NCBI GenBank assembly: GCA_902798825.1
Contig: CADBYI010000008.1
Location: 207 to 64,206 of the forward strand
From: an uncultured Eubacteriales bacterium
Lineage (GTDB): Bacteria > Bacillota > Clostridia > Christensenellales > CAG-138
Direction of reading: 5' to 3'
Length of the DNA: 64,000 nt
A program made the position numbers and the translations under genes. This document shows, piece after piece, positions 1 through 8,959 of this stretch (position 1 is the first letter of the stretch; each line of letters opens with the position of its first letter). The notes under the pieces were generated by a model. That model was not told the DNA's origin, ran no database searches, and worked only from the letters and a program-made list of their open reading frames with translations.

Positions 1-67
1 CTCAGATAATGAATAATGGATTAAAATGTGGTAAAGCATTCATTTATGTGGTAAGGAATAAAGTAAA

Positions 68-105
68 AGAAAACCCCCGAAAACGTTTGTTTTCAGGGGT
101 TTTCT
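68..105 (-). terminator. intrinsic terminator 3' of tRNA-Arg
   Basis: Long hairpin (aaaacccccgaaaac / gttttcaggggtttt, one mismatch, 4-nt loop) followed on the minus strand by a T-rich run. Confidence 0.7.
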
Positions 106-182
106 TGGCGTGCCTGACACGGTTCGAACGTGCGACCTACAGAGTCGGAGTCTGTCACTCTATCCAGCTGAGCTACAGGCAC
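106..182 (-). tRNA. tRNA-Arg (anticodon CCG), CCA encoded
   Basis: The reverse complement folds as a cloverleaf. Acceptor stem GTGCCTG/CAGGCAC, D-arm GCTC..GAGT, anticodon stem ACAGA/TCTGT with loop CTCCGAC (CCG), T-arm GCACG-TTCGAAC-CGTGT, discriminator G then CCA. Confidence 0.9.
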
Positions 183-216
183 ATACGCGCAAAATCTTCA
201 ATTTTCAAGGACAATA

Positions 217-265
217 GACCTACAGTGTCGGAGTCTAACGCTCTATCCAGCTGAGCTACAGGCAC
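217..265 (-). pseudogene. tRNA-Arg 5'-half fragment (non-functional copy)
   Basis: 45 of 49 nt are identical to the first 49 nt of the tRNA at 106-182. The anticodon stem no longer pairs, and no T-arm or 3' acceptor strand follows. Confidence 0.7.
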
Positions 266-305
266 AAACGCGACATGATTATTATAGCCGCGAAGGGGGC
301 GTTTG

Positions 306-1739
306 TCAATGGGAAAAAGGGGTAAGATCGAAGGTGGCCCCAGGGGCGGACAGGGTGCCGTCCCCATGCAGAAGCAGGACATAGGTGCCGGCCACCGAGA
401 ATCCCACCACGTCGGTTTCCCGCTCCAGCGCGGCCAGCAGGGCCTCGTCCGTGGGGAGCAGCGGTGCCGCCAGAAGCGTGCCGTCCTGCTTTAGGCCCAC
501 CAACAGGGTGACGCTGCTTTGAAGGGACAGGACCTCCGTCCAGTCGGATACGTCCCGGCTGGCGGAGAGGAGCGTGCCGTCTTTTTTGAGCCCCACGGGG
601 GCATAGCCGGCGGCGGCCACACCGTCCAGATCGGACCAGATTTGGGCCTGGTCCGGTCGGCTGCTGAGCAGGGTGCCGTTTCTCCGCAGGGCGAACAGGG
701 TCCCGTCCCCAACGGCGACGCCGGAAAGGCCCGTCCAGCCGGCCGCAGCGGAGAGGTCCATGAACCCGCAGTGCAGGAGGCTCCCGTCGGCGGTCAGGCC
801 GAAGCTGTCCCAGGGGCCGCAGAAGACGCTGACCACGCCGGTCCACTGGGACACGTCGCACTGGCCGCAGCTGTTGTCCCCTGCCGCCAGTACCCGACCG
901 TCCCGGGTCAGACCCAGGCTGTGGGCGAATCCGGCGGCCACGGCCACCATATCGCGCCAGCCCGCCGTGTCGCATTGGCCCTGGTCGTTGGCGCCGGCGG
1001 CGCGGACCGTCCCCTCCTCAGTGAGGAACAGGGCGTGGCCCCGGCCTGCGGCCAGGCGGTGGTTTTGCAGCGTTTCGCGGGCCTTTTGAAGCTGCTCCTG
1101 CTGAGAGAGGGTCTCCGGGGTGTACCCCTGGGCCTGCTGGACTGCCAGTGATTCGTCGTTCTCCCCCGTCAGTTCCTGGGCCAGGGCCTGGGCCCGCTGG
1201 GGGGCGTCCTGAAAGTTGCCCAGGGCGAGAAAGCTCTGGAAGGCGGCCTCCCGATCTCCGGCGGCCAGCAGCGCCTCCGCCAGGGCGTAGCGGCAGCGGT
1301 CCGCCCGATTCAGGGCATCCTCATACCCGGCCACGGCCAAAAAGGCATCCCGGGCGGCGGCATAGTCCCCGGCGACCTCCAATGCCTCCGCCTGCTTATA
1401 GTCGCAGGCCATGATCTGTCGGGGCGCCTCCCGATAGGCGCCAAGCTCCGCAAAGAGCTGCCGGGCGGCGGCATAGTCCCCGGCTTCGAACAGGGACGTG
1501 GCCCTGTCGTAGGTCAGCTTGTCCAGCACGCCGGATGCGCCCGCGGCCTCGGCTTCCCTGGCCCAGGCTTCGGCCTCGGCCCAATCCTCCTGCCAGCCGG
1601 CGGCCAGGGCCCGCTGGGTGTAGATGTCCGATCGATGCTGTATCCACCAGTGCAGGCCGAGGAGACCCCCCAGCACCAGGACGGTGGTGAGGAGCATGCC
1701 GAAGAGGGGAAGGCGTTCTCGCTTTACGTTTCGTTCCAT
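306..1739 (-). CDS. membrane-anchored TPR-like + RCC1-repeat (beta-propeller) protein
   Basis: 477-aa ORF. N-terminal hydrophobic helix (LFGMLLTTVLVLGGLLGL), repeated AGDYAAAR helical repeats, then several RCC1-type repeats (AAGxxHSLGLTxDGxVLAAGDNSCGQCDVSQW). Confidence 0.8.
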   Translation of the reverse strand: MERNVKRERLPLFGMLLTTVLVLGGLLGLHWWIQHRSDIYTQRALAAGWQEDWAEAEAWAREAEAAGASGVLDKLTYDRATSLFEAGDYAAARQLFAELGAYREAPRQIMACDYKQAEALEVAGDYAAARDAFLAVAGYEDALNRADRCRYALAEALLAAGDREAAFQSFLALGNFQDAPQRAQALAQELTGENDESLAVQQAQGYTPETLSQQEQLQKARETLQNHRLAAGRGHALFLTEEGTVRAAGANDQGQCDTAGWRDMVAVAAGFAHSLGLTRDGRVLAAGDNSCGQCDVSQWTGVVSVFCGPWDSFGLTADGSLLHCGFMDLSAAAGWTGLSGVAVGDGTLFALRRNGTLLSSRPDQAQIWSDLDGVAAAGYAPVGLKKDGTLLSASRDVSDWTEVLSLQSSVTLLVGLKQDGTLLAAPLLPTDEALLAALERETDVVGFSVAGTYVLLLHGDGTLSAPGATFDLTPFSH

Positions 1740-1748
1740 AGGCCGCCT

Positions 1749-3182
1749 CTACAGATACCGCAGCAGGTTTTCCATGAGCCCCACGGTGTTCACACCGGAG
1801 GCCGTGGACAGGATGAAGTATACGTCGTCCACGCCGTTGTCCGCCATATACTGGGAGATGGACCAGCGGGCGTGAGCGCCGTCGTAATAGTCCTTGCGCA
1901 CGTCCGTCACGTGGATGGTCTCATAGTAGGAGGCCAGGAACGGGACGAAGCAGTTGGCGAAGGAGTCGCCGATGACCAGGCAGCTGCGGCCGCTGTCCAC
2001 GCCCGTTTCGAACCGGCGCCATGGGCCCAGTGTGCCGCCCAAAAAGGCCATATAGCTGTTGTAGTTGGTGAAGATCAGCGGTGCCTCCACCTCCGACCCG
2101 TCCCAGTAAATGCGGTATCCCTTCACCGGCGTGTCGGGCACCAGCACCTCCAGGGTGTCCGGCTTGTGGATCCGCTTATACTTTGCGTTGCCGTTGCTGG
2201 CGCTGCCGTAAAAGTCCCGATAGACGGTGAAGTCGTAGCTGTCGTAGGGCCTGGGGTCGACGCCCATGGTCCGCAAAATGGCGTTCAGGGTGTAACAGGC
2301 GGCGCGGGGGGTCCAGTGGTGGTCCGTGGTGAAGTACATGATTTCCCCGTCCAACAGGGGCTGTTCCAGGGCCTTTTGGACGCTGACCATGTACACGCCG
2401 TCGTCGCTGTATTCGTTGATGGTGTCCTCCAGATCGCCGCCCCAGCTGATGCAGGAGCCGTCCATCAGGTTGCTGGCCACCCCATGGAAGGGGGGCTGGG
2501 CCAGGAACACGTGGCCGTCGGCGGGCAGGCAGGCCCGATAGGCGTTCAGGACACGGATGGCGTGAAGGACGTTTTCCCGGGGGAAGATGTAGACCGGCTG
2601 GATCTGCCCGTTCTTCTTGGTGAGGGTGAAGGTGCAGTTGCCCACGGCGGACAAGTCCTTTTCCGTGGGGACAGGCCGGGTCGTGGGGGCGGCGGTGGGC
2701 TCAGGATCAGGCGCCGCCGTCTCCTCCGGGGTCACGGTCGTGGTGGTCTCCTCGGGGACGGGGGTGTCCGCGGGCACCGGGGTGTCCGTGGGCGCCGCCG
2801 TAGGCTGCGGCGTATAGGCGGGCAGCTCCTCCGGCATTTCCCCCTCCTGCTGGGCCAAATCCGCCACCTGGGCGGCCACAGGATCGTCCTCGAAGCCGGC
2901 CCCCTGGGGGTCGGGCAGAGCCAGCCTTTCCATGATGCCGTCGGCCTGGGCCACCAGCTCGTCCCGCTCGGGCATGTTGTCGCTCAAAAAGTCCTCCAAG
3001 CCGGACATGAAGGTCCCCTGCCTCACCGACTCCCGCGTCAGCTCCGGGAACCCGGCCAGCATTCGGTTCTCCGTCAGGGAGGCCCGGGGCTCCCTGGCCC
3101 CAAACAGAAGCAGATAGGCCCCCAGCCCTCCCAGGAGGACCAGCGCGGCGTATATGAGGATGAAGGAAGCTTTGCGTTTCAT
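1749..3182 (-). CDS. DHHW-family protein (AlgX/AlgJ/DltD-like acyltransfer partner of MBOAT)
   Basis: The literal DHHW motif is present (YFTTDHHWTPRAACY), with a GDSFANCFVPF motif near the C-terminus. Start chosen at MKRKASFILIYAALVLL (signal anchor), 4 nt after the MBOAT stop; the longer ORF start at 3371 would overlap the MBOAT gene. A Pro/Thr-rich linker follows the anchor. Confidence 0.8.
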   Translation of the reverse strand: MKRKASFILIYAALVLLGGLGAYLLLFGAREPRASLTENRMLAGFPELTRESVRQGTFMSGLEDFLSDNMPERDELVAQADGIMERLALPDPQGAGFEDDPVAAQVADLAQQEGEMPEELPAYTPQPTAAPTDTPVPADTPVPEETTTTVTPEETAAPDPEPTAAPTTRPVPTEKDLSAVGNCTFTLTKKNGQIQPVYIFPRENVLHAIRVLNAYRACLPADGHVFLAQPPFHGVASNLMDGSCISWGGDLEDTINEYSDDGVYMVSVQKALEQPLLDGEIMYFTTDHHWTPRAACYTLNAILRTMGVDPRPYDSYDFTVYRDFYGSASNGNAKYKRIHKPDTLEVLVPDTPVKGYRIYWDGSEVEAPLIFTNYNSYMAFLGGTLGPWRRFETGVDSGRSCLVIGDSFANCFVPFLASYYETIHVTDVRKDYYDGAHARWSISQYMADNGVDDVYFILSTASGVNTVGLMENLLRYL

Positions 3183-3186
3183 AGGC

Positions 3187-4581
3187 TCAAAACCGGAAAT
3201 AGATGAAGGGGTTATAGCTCTGCTGCACCAGGAACAGCACCGACAACAGCCCCACGGCCACCGCAAAGGCCGTGGCCAGGAACGAAAGGATCGGCCGCCT
3301 CCGGGCTGCCAGCCGAAGCTTCGGCGCGATCGGCGCAGCGGCGATGCAGGCAAGGGGCAGGAACAGGGCATACTGCCGCAGGGCGCTTACGGTGCCCCCG
3401 TCCAGCCAGGGGAGACCGCCGCCGAACAGGGCCCGAATGTGGGTCCAAAGGGCGGTCATGTCCGTATAGTAGAAGATGGTCCACCCCACCACCGCCGCAA
3501 GGAGGGTGAACAGCCAGCGAAAGAGCTTGGGGACCTTCTCCCACAGGCTCGACAAATCTTTGTCAACCACAAGCAGCAGGAACCAGAACAATCCCCACAG
3601 CACAAAGTTCCAGGCCGCCCCATGCCAGAGGCCCGTCAACGCCCAGACGATCAGCAGATTCAGCATCCGTCGGGCTTTGCCCCTGCGGCTGCCCCCCAGG
3701 GGGATGTACACGTACTCCCGGAAGAAGCTGCCCAAGGACACGTGCCAACGGCGCCAGAAATCCGTGGGGGAGGCGGAGAAATAGGGGTAGAGGAAGTTCT
3801 CCTTATAGGTGAATCCCAGCACCCGTCCCAAGCCGATGGCCATGTCGGAATAGGCGGAAAAATCATAATAGAGCTGCAGCGAATAGAGAAAGGCGCTCAG
3901 CCACGCCCCGGCTATGGATCGGGGGGCGGCCCCCTCCGGCAGGGCAGCCAACAGGAAGCTGCCGCAGGTGTTGGCCAGCAGCACCTTCTTCCCAAGGCCC
4001 AGCAAAAACCGGCTCATGCCGTCGATGAAATCGTCGAAGGAGGTGGACCTCTCGTCCAGGGCCGCCGCCACGTCGGCGTATTGGACGATGGGCCCGGCGA
4101 TGAGCTGGGGGAAACAGCTCACATACAGCAGCAACCGCCAGAAGCTCCTCTGGACGCCCACCTTGCCCCGATACACGTCCACGGTATAGGTCAAAATCTG
4201 AAAGGTGTAGAAGGAGATGCCGATGGGGAGCCGGGGGGCATCGAACGCCAGCCGGAAATGAAACAGGGACGCCAATGTGGAGAGAAAGAATCCGGCGTAC
4301 TTAAAGTACACGAGCCCCGCCAGGGAACCGGCGACGCCCAATACAAGGAGCAGCTTTTTCGCCCCCGGCCGCGTTGCCCTGTCCATGAGGCGGGCGACGA
4401 GATAGTTGAACAGGGTGGTGCCGATCAAAAGCAGGACCATGACCGGCTCCCCCCAGGCGTAGAACACAAGGGAAAAGACCACCAGCACGCCGTTGCGCCA
4501 CTTGAGACCCCTGCTCAGAAAGTACAGGATGAGCAGGGTCGGCAGAAACAGCAGCAGGAATGTAAGGCCAGAAAACACCAT
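3187..4581 (-). CDS. MBOAT family O-acyltransferase (AlgI/DltB-like)
   Basis: 464-aa polytopic membrane protein with MBOAT-type motifs (WRRWHVSLGSFFREYVYIPLGG, WHGAAWNF), immediately upstream of the DHHW gene. Confidence 0.85.
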   Translation of the reverse strand: MVFSGLTFLLLFLPTLLILYFLSRGLKWRNGVLVVFSLVFYAWGEPVMVLLLIGTTLFNYLVARLMDRATRPGAKKLLLVLGVAGSLAGLVYFKYAGFFLSTLASLFHFRLAFDAPRLPIGISFYTFQILTYTVDVYRGKVGVQRSFWRLLLYVSCFPQLIAGPIVQYADVAAALDERSTSFDDFIDGMSRFLLGLGKKVLLANTCGSFLLAALPEGAAPRSIAGAWLSAFLYSLQLYYDFSAYSDMAIGLGRVLGFTYKENFLYPYFSASPTDFWRRWHVSLGSFFREYVYIPLGGSRRGKARRMLNLLIVWALTGLWHGAAWNFVLWGLFWFLLLVVDKDLSSLWEKVPKLFRWLFTLLAAVVGWTIFYYTDMTALWTHIRALFGGGLPWLDGGTVSALRQYALFLPLACIAAAPIAPKLRLAARRRPILSFLATAFAVAVGLLSVLFLVQQSYNPFIYFRF

Positions 4582-4665
4582 GATGAATCAGTATAGCATC
4601 GTTTGGGTGTAGCGTCAATTTGTCGCCGCTTTTCTTTCGGAAAAGGGACGGGGTTTCAATGGGAT

Positions 4666-5931
4666 TCAGTGCTTGTGCTTCGTGGCCGCCCGCTTCTTCC
4701 GGGAGAAGAAGCTGGTGGTAAACGCGGTGACCAGCACGATGCCCAGGGCGATGGCCACGGCCACCATAAGCGTGTGCATCCCATACTGGAGCGCCTCCGC
4801 CTGACGCCCGCCCACCAGATGGTGCATGGTGATGTACAGGCTTCCGCCGGGGATCAGGGCAATTTCGGAGAGGATGGTGAACACCGTGGCCGGGGCCTTG
4901 CACACCCGGGCCATGATCTCGGCGAACACCGCGCCGAAGGCAGCCGCCATAGCCACGCATACAAAGTCGGAAGCCAGATACCGGGTAAGAAGGAGATACA
5001 CCATCCAGGTGAGCCCACCGCCCACCGCCCCCAGGAACAGGCGCCGGGGCCGGCTGTTGAACAGGATGGCGAAGCCCAGGGTGCCCGCCGCCGCCGCCAG
5101 CACCTGCAGATAGGGAAGATCCCCGGTCAGGGAGGTGAAATGTTCCTCGGGGAAATAGCCCTTGAACACGAACATGGCCAGCGCGAACCCGAAGGCCACC
5201 GCCGTGGCGATGAGCAGCGCCTCCACCAGCCGCAGAATGCCCGAAATGGTGTCGGAGATGAGCATCTCCCGCATGGCGTTGGTGATGGCGATGCCGGGGA
5301 TCAGCACCATGATCACCGCCATCATCATCTGCCCCGGATGCTCCCCCAGACCCAGCAGGATCATGAGATAGCACAGGGCCCCGGCCATGAAGGACACGAA
5401 AAAGGCGTGGAACAGCCGCTGCAGGGCGGCCCGCTTCAAAACCCCGTTCAAAAACCACACCGCCAGACAGCACAGGCCCGCCCCCAGGGCGTCCAGCCAG
5501 CTGCCGCCGAAGAAGATGGCGAAGCCGGTGCCGCTCAACACGTATCCCAGCAACAAATACAGCTCCTTGAACTGCTTCTTTCGGGGCGGCAGATCGATGG
5601 CCGCCAGCCGCTCCCCGATGACGCTAAGATCGGGCCGGGCGGCGCAGACCTCCCGGGACAGGGCGTTGAGCTGCTCCAGACGGGAGAAGTCGTTGGAATA
5701 GGCCACGATGCTCACCCGGCGGTTCTCGGTCAGCACCACGTCCTCCTCGAACACCGCGGTCAGGGAGATGAAGGAGAGGATGGTGAACACCTCCACCCGC
5801 TGGGCTCCGTAACTCTTTAGGATCCGGGAGATGGTGTCCTCCACCCGGCTCACCTCGCCGCCGCAGAGAAGCATCCGTTCCCCCACGTCCAGCGCCCGGC
5901 TCACCAACAGCCGCCGCTCCCGTTCCGTCAT
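4666..5931 (-). CDS. threonine/serine exporter (ThrE) family protein, fused YjjP/YjjB-like halves
   Basis: N-terminus LVSRALDVGERMLLCGGEVSRVEDTISRIL is typical of the ThrE/DUF1212 family and is followed by about 10 TM segments. ATG at 5931 has the RBS gggaaggaa; the ORF-track start at 5955 is a TTG. Confidence 0.75.
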   Translation of the reverse strand: MTERERRLLVSRALDVGERMLLCGGEVSRVEDTISRILKSYGAQRVEVFTILSFISLTAVFEEDVVLTENRRVSIVAYSNDFSRLEQLNALSREVCAARPDLSVIGERLAAIDLPPRKKQFKELYLLLGYVLSGTGFAIFFGGSWLDALGAGLCCLAVWFLNGVLKRAALQRLFHAFFVSFMAGALCYLMILLGLGEHPGQMMMAVIMVLIPGIAITNAMREMLISDTISGILRLVEALLIATAVAFGFALAMFVFKGYFPEEHFTSLTGDLPYLQVLAAAAGTLGFAILFNSRPRRLFLGAVGGGLTWMVYLLLTRYLASDFVCVAMAAAFGAVFAEIMARVCKAPATVFTILSEIALIPGGSLYITMHHLVGGRQAEALQYGMHTLMVAVAIALGIVLVTAFTTSFFSRKKRAATKHKH

Positions 5932-5965
5932 GCTTCGTTCCTTCCCTTTCCCCAATAATCAGCCT

Positions 5966-5994
5966 ATTATAGCAAGCCTCGCCCGACGCTGCAA
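5966..5994 (-). promoter_or_regulatory. putative sigma-70 promoter of the ThrE-family gene
   Basis: On the minus strand: TTGCAG, 17-nt spacer, TATAAT, about 30 nt upstream of the start codon. Confidence 0.45.
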
Positions 5995-6051
5995 GGGGCC
6001 GAGTAAAAAGGAACTCCGCTTCGCGACGTTTCAGGCTGTCGAAAAAGGTAC

Positions 6052-6075
6052 AAAAAACGCCGCGGTGCGGCGTTT
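6052..6075 (-). terminator. intrinsic terminator after the SH3b lipoprotein gene
   Basis: Hairpin acgccgc-ggt-gcggcgt followed on the minus strand by a T6 run. Confidence 0.65.
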
Positions 6076-6097
6076 CAGGTGATAGATATACAGAGGC

Positions 6098-7654
6098 TTA
6101 CTTGCTGGGCACCTTTCCTTTGACCTTCACCAGGGAGGTGCGGATATATCCCTTGCTCTTGCCATAGGAGACATAATACCAGCTCTCCCCATCCTTGCCC
6201 TTCGTCTTGTAGTGGACGGAGACCTTGGTGCCGTCGGACAGCTCCTTGAGGCACTTGGATTCCTTGTCGGCCTCCTTGCGCAGGGCAGCGATGGACTTGG
6301 TGGTCACCGTGCCCTCCAGGCTCTTGCCGTCTCCCTCCACTGCGTCTTCCGCCACGGGGGTGGCCTTGGGCTTGCCCTGGGTGATGTAGTTGGACTTTAT
6401 GTAGCCGTAATGGCCGTTGCATTTCAGAAACCACCAGCCGTCCTGCAGCTCATAGAGGGTGGCGGTGCTGTTCTCGGCGACCTTCTTGCCCACGGTCTTA
6501 TAGGTGGTGCCGGGGCCGGCGCGCATGTTCACCTTGTCCGCGTTCACATAGCCCTTTTTGGCGTTCTTCTTCTGGGCGGTGGTGGGAGAGGTATAGACGA
6601 TGGTGGTGGGCGCCGGGGTTGCCATGTCCGCAGGGGTAGCGGCCACGATATCCCCCCCTTCCGTGTACCCGCCATCACCGTCGCCGGGATCGTCAGGATC
6701 GGCGGGGGTGCTCTCGGTCACGGCGAAGCGATAGACGCCCCGCTGCTCCATAAGGGGCGACAGCTCCGCACCGGTGCTGGAAAGGGGCGTGGCGCTGACC
6801 TTGAAGGACAGCTCGCTGGGATTCTCCGGAAAGCCGGTGAAAGGCACCGTCACATAGCGGCGCATGCCCGGGGCCACCACGGACTCCGCGGTGGTGTTCA
6901 CGGGGGCATTGTTCACCGTTACGTCGGACCAGGCAAAGCTCAAAAACCGATCGGTCTTGTTCTCCAGATAGCAATTGACGGCCAGCTCGCCCTGTTCGTT
7001 CAGACCCGCGCCCAGGACGATCAGGGTGCCGAAGCCGTTGTCAAAGAAGGTCTGCTCCGTGGTGCTCCGCTGACGGATGGGATAGACCACGTTTCCCTTG
7101 CTCTGGCCCGTGGGATAGAAGCTGAAGGCCCCGTCCACCACGTCCCCCTGGCCCATGGGCACGGAATCATCGTAGATGAGGGGATAGAGGATCAGCTCAT
7201 CCACCGAGGACACCCCGGCGGAGCGCAGCACGTCGGCGGGGATCAGTATCTCCCCCAGCATGGTCTGGCCGGCAGGCACCCTGACCTCATAGCCGCCGTC
7301 CTGCATATACCCGTTCACCGACAGATAGTTCAGCGACACCACAAAGTCCCGAACGTTGGACTTGTTGGTGGAGGTGAGCTTCAACGTGAGGCCCATGAGG
7401 GGGTCGAAGGTCTCCTCCTGCAGGATAAAGGAGAACAGGGTGCTCTCGGGAATGGTCTCCTGGCCCACCCGGCAGGTCCTGTCGCCCAGGGCCGTCAACG
7501 GGGCCATGGTCGCCTGGGATTGGCTTTCTGGCACATCCGTGGCGTCGGGCAGCTTCAAAACGGAAGGGTTGTTCTGTCCGCAGCCCACCAGGGACGTCAT
7601 CAGCAGCGCCGCCGAAAGCAGCAGCAGCCCGATCCGCGTTTTCTTTCCTTTCAT
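6098..7654 (-). CDS. lipoprotein with C-terminal tandem SH3b-like domains
   Basis: Lipobox signal peptide (LLLLSAALLMTSLVGCGQ). The C-terminal region has two SH3b-like segments (GYVNADKVNMRAGPGTTYKTVGK... and KVSVHYKTKGKDGESWYYVSYGKSKGYI). Confidence 0.7.
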   Translation of the reverse strand: MKGKKTRIGLLLLSAALLMTSLVGCGQNNPSVLKLPDATDVPESQSQATMAPLTALGDRTCRVGQETIPESTLFSFILQEETFDPLMGLTLKLTSTNKSNVRDFVVSLNYLSVNGYMQDGGYEVRVPAGQTMLGEILIPADVLRSAGVSSVDELILYPLIYDDSVPMGQGDVVDGAFSFYPTGQSKGNVVYPIRQRSTTEQTFFDNGFGTLIVLGAGLNEQGELAVNCYLENKTDRFLSFAWSDVTVNNAPVNTTAESVVAPGMRRYVTVPFTGFPENPSELSFKVSATPLSSTGAELSPLMEQRGVYRFAVTESTPADPDDPGDGDGGYTEGGDIVAATPADMATPAPTTIVYTSPTTAQKKNAKKGYVNADKVNMRAGPGTTYKTVGKKVAENSTATLYELQDGWWFLKCNGHYGYIKSNYITQGKPKATPVAEDAVEGDGKSLEGTVTTKSIAALRKEADKESKCLKELSDGTKVSVHYKTKGKDGESWYYVSYGKSKGYIRTSLVKVKGKVPSK

Positions 7655-7839
7655 ATGTATTACCTCCCAACGGCGGGGACAAAGGCCCGCGCCTGTCTAT
7701 ACTCGAAATCTCTACAGATATGATATATCACATCTGCCCCAGGATGTCAAATCTGTGCCAGTTTTTCCCTTTTTCCCATTATATCCCGGTGCAAATCCGT
7801 CTTTCCTGTAAAACCTCTGTTAACCTTTTCCCCCTTTCG

Positions 7840-7868
7840 TTGACAAGGTCTGATGCCCGGGATATAGT
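7840..7868 (+). promoter_or_regulatory. putative sigma-70 promoter for the lipoprotein/efflux cluster
   Basis: TTGACA (7840-7845), 17-nt spacer, TATAGT (7863-7868). This leaves a leader of about 100 nt before the ATG at 7973. Confidence 0.5.
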
Positions 7869-7972
7869 GAGGGCAAATTTGAGGCATATCGGTTAGGCTA
7901 TGCGCAAGGGCCGTTCCCGGCGCAGGCCTGCTTACGGCACTGCCGAAGGAAGAGGGAAAGGAGACCACGTCC

Positions 7973-8950
7973 ATGAAAAAGGCGATCGTCCGTATGGGAA
8001 GCCTGCTCCTTCTGCTGCCCCTGCTCACGGGCTGCGGCAAGGGACAGGCGAAAGCTGCGCAGACAGCCGCCCCGGCAGAAGCGCCTGTGATCACGGCGGC
8101 CCCCGCCCCCGTTCCCGTGGCCGATGCGCCAGCCCCGGCAGACTCACAGGCGGAGCCGGAAGCCGAGCGCATATTGGGCTACTGCACCAGCATCGTGGAC
8201 GTCCTCCCCTATTCTGCGGACCTGGACGGTGACGGCGCGGCGGAGGTGGTGAATCTGGTGACCTATGTGCCCGAGGACGAATACCCCCGCTGGGCGGTGA
8301 CGGTGACGAAGGACAGCGTGGAAACCCAGTTCGAAACCGACATCCCCTATGACACGGCCCACGACCTGTGGGTGGGAGATCTGGATGAGGACGGGGCCTA
8401 CGAGATCTTCTTCCACGGGGACATGGCCTCCGACGACTATCTGATCTATGGTTTTCGCAGCGATTTAGGCAGCCTGTTCTTTGCCCCCGACGAGCGGGCC
8501 GTCCGCTGGGAGGACCCCCGGGAAAGCACCGTCTTCGCGGGGCGCATCGAGGGCTTCGAGGACGGACACATCGTCATCGAAGGCGCAGTGGATATGCTGG
8601 GCACCCACTGGGGCGTCCGAAACTTCTCCCTGGGGGAGGACGGCATCATCGGCCCCGCCAGCACCGTATGGACCTTCGACGATGAGATCGAAGCGGAGCG
8701 GCCCCTGACCGTGGCGAAGGAGCTGACCGCGTATGCCGCCGCCGTCCGCAAGGACCCTGGCCAGGCCTTCACCCTGAAACCGGGAGAGAAGATCTATCCC
8801 CTGGCCAGCGACGGCTGCGAACGGATGTGGTTCGAAACGGAGCAGGGCAAGGGCGGCGTGCTGCTGCTCACCCCGGATGAGGCGGATACCTGGCGCATCG
8901 ATGGCGCGCCGGAGGCGTCGTTTTTCGAGAATTTACCCTATTCAGGTTAG
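7973..8950 (+). CDS. lipoprotein, function unknown (Asp-rich DxDxDG-type motifs)
   Basis: Lipobox signal (LLLLLPLLTGCGKG). Motifs DLDGDGAAE and GDLDEDGAYE resemble calcium-binding/FG-GAP-like loops. Confidence 0.6.
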   Translation: MKKAIVRMGSLLLLLPLLTGCGKGQAKAAQTAAPAEAPVITAAPAPVPVADAPAPADSQAEPEAERILGYCTSIVDVLPYSADLDGDGAAEVVNLVTYVPEDEYPRWAVTVTKDSVETQFETDIPYDTAHDLWVGDLDEDGAYEIFFHGDMASDDYLIYGFRSDLGSLFFAPDERAVRWEDPRESTVFAGRIEGFEDGHIVIEGAVDMLGTHWGVRNFSLGEDGIIGPASTVWTFDDEIEAERPLTVAKELTAYAAAVRKDPGQAFTLKPGEKIYPLASDGCERMWFETEQGKGGVLLLTPDEADTWRIDGAPEASFFENLPYSG

Positions 8951-8959
8951 GAGAGAGAG

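Noticed and set aside
9-254. 81-aa ORF at the window start.
   Set aside because: It is composed of the antisense of tRNA-Arg, its terminator and the tRNA fragment. No RBS and no motif.
1635-3206. Many very long ORFs antisense to, or out of frame with, called genes. Examples: 1635-3206+, 3154-4596+, 19516-21435+, 24318-26348+, 31165-33174+, 38538-40220+, 40322-42424+, 51106-52887-, 55047-57644-.
   Set aside because: Their translations are Gly/Ala/Arg/Pro/His-rich low-complexity strings with no motifs. Each fully overlaps a gene with clear family signatures. Such stop-free shadow frames are typical of high-GC DNA.
7869-7972. The ~100-nt leader upstream of the lipoprotein/efflux cluster as a riboswitch.
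   Set aside because: I recognise no conserved riboswitch core motif and no obvious terminator/antiterminator pair. It would need a covariance-model scan.
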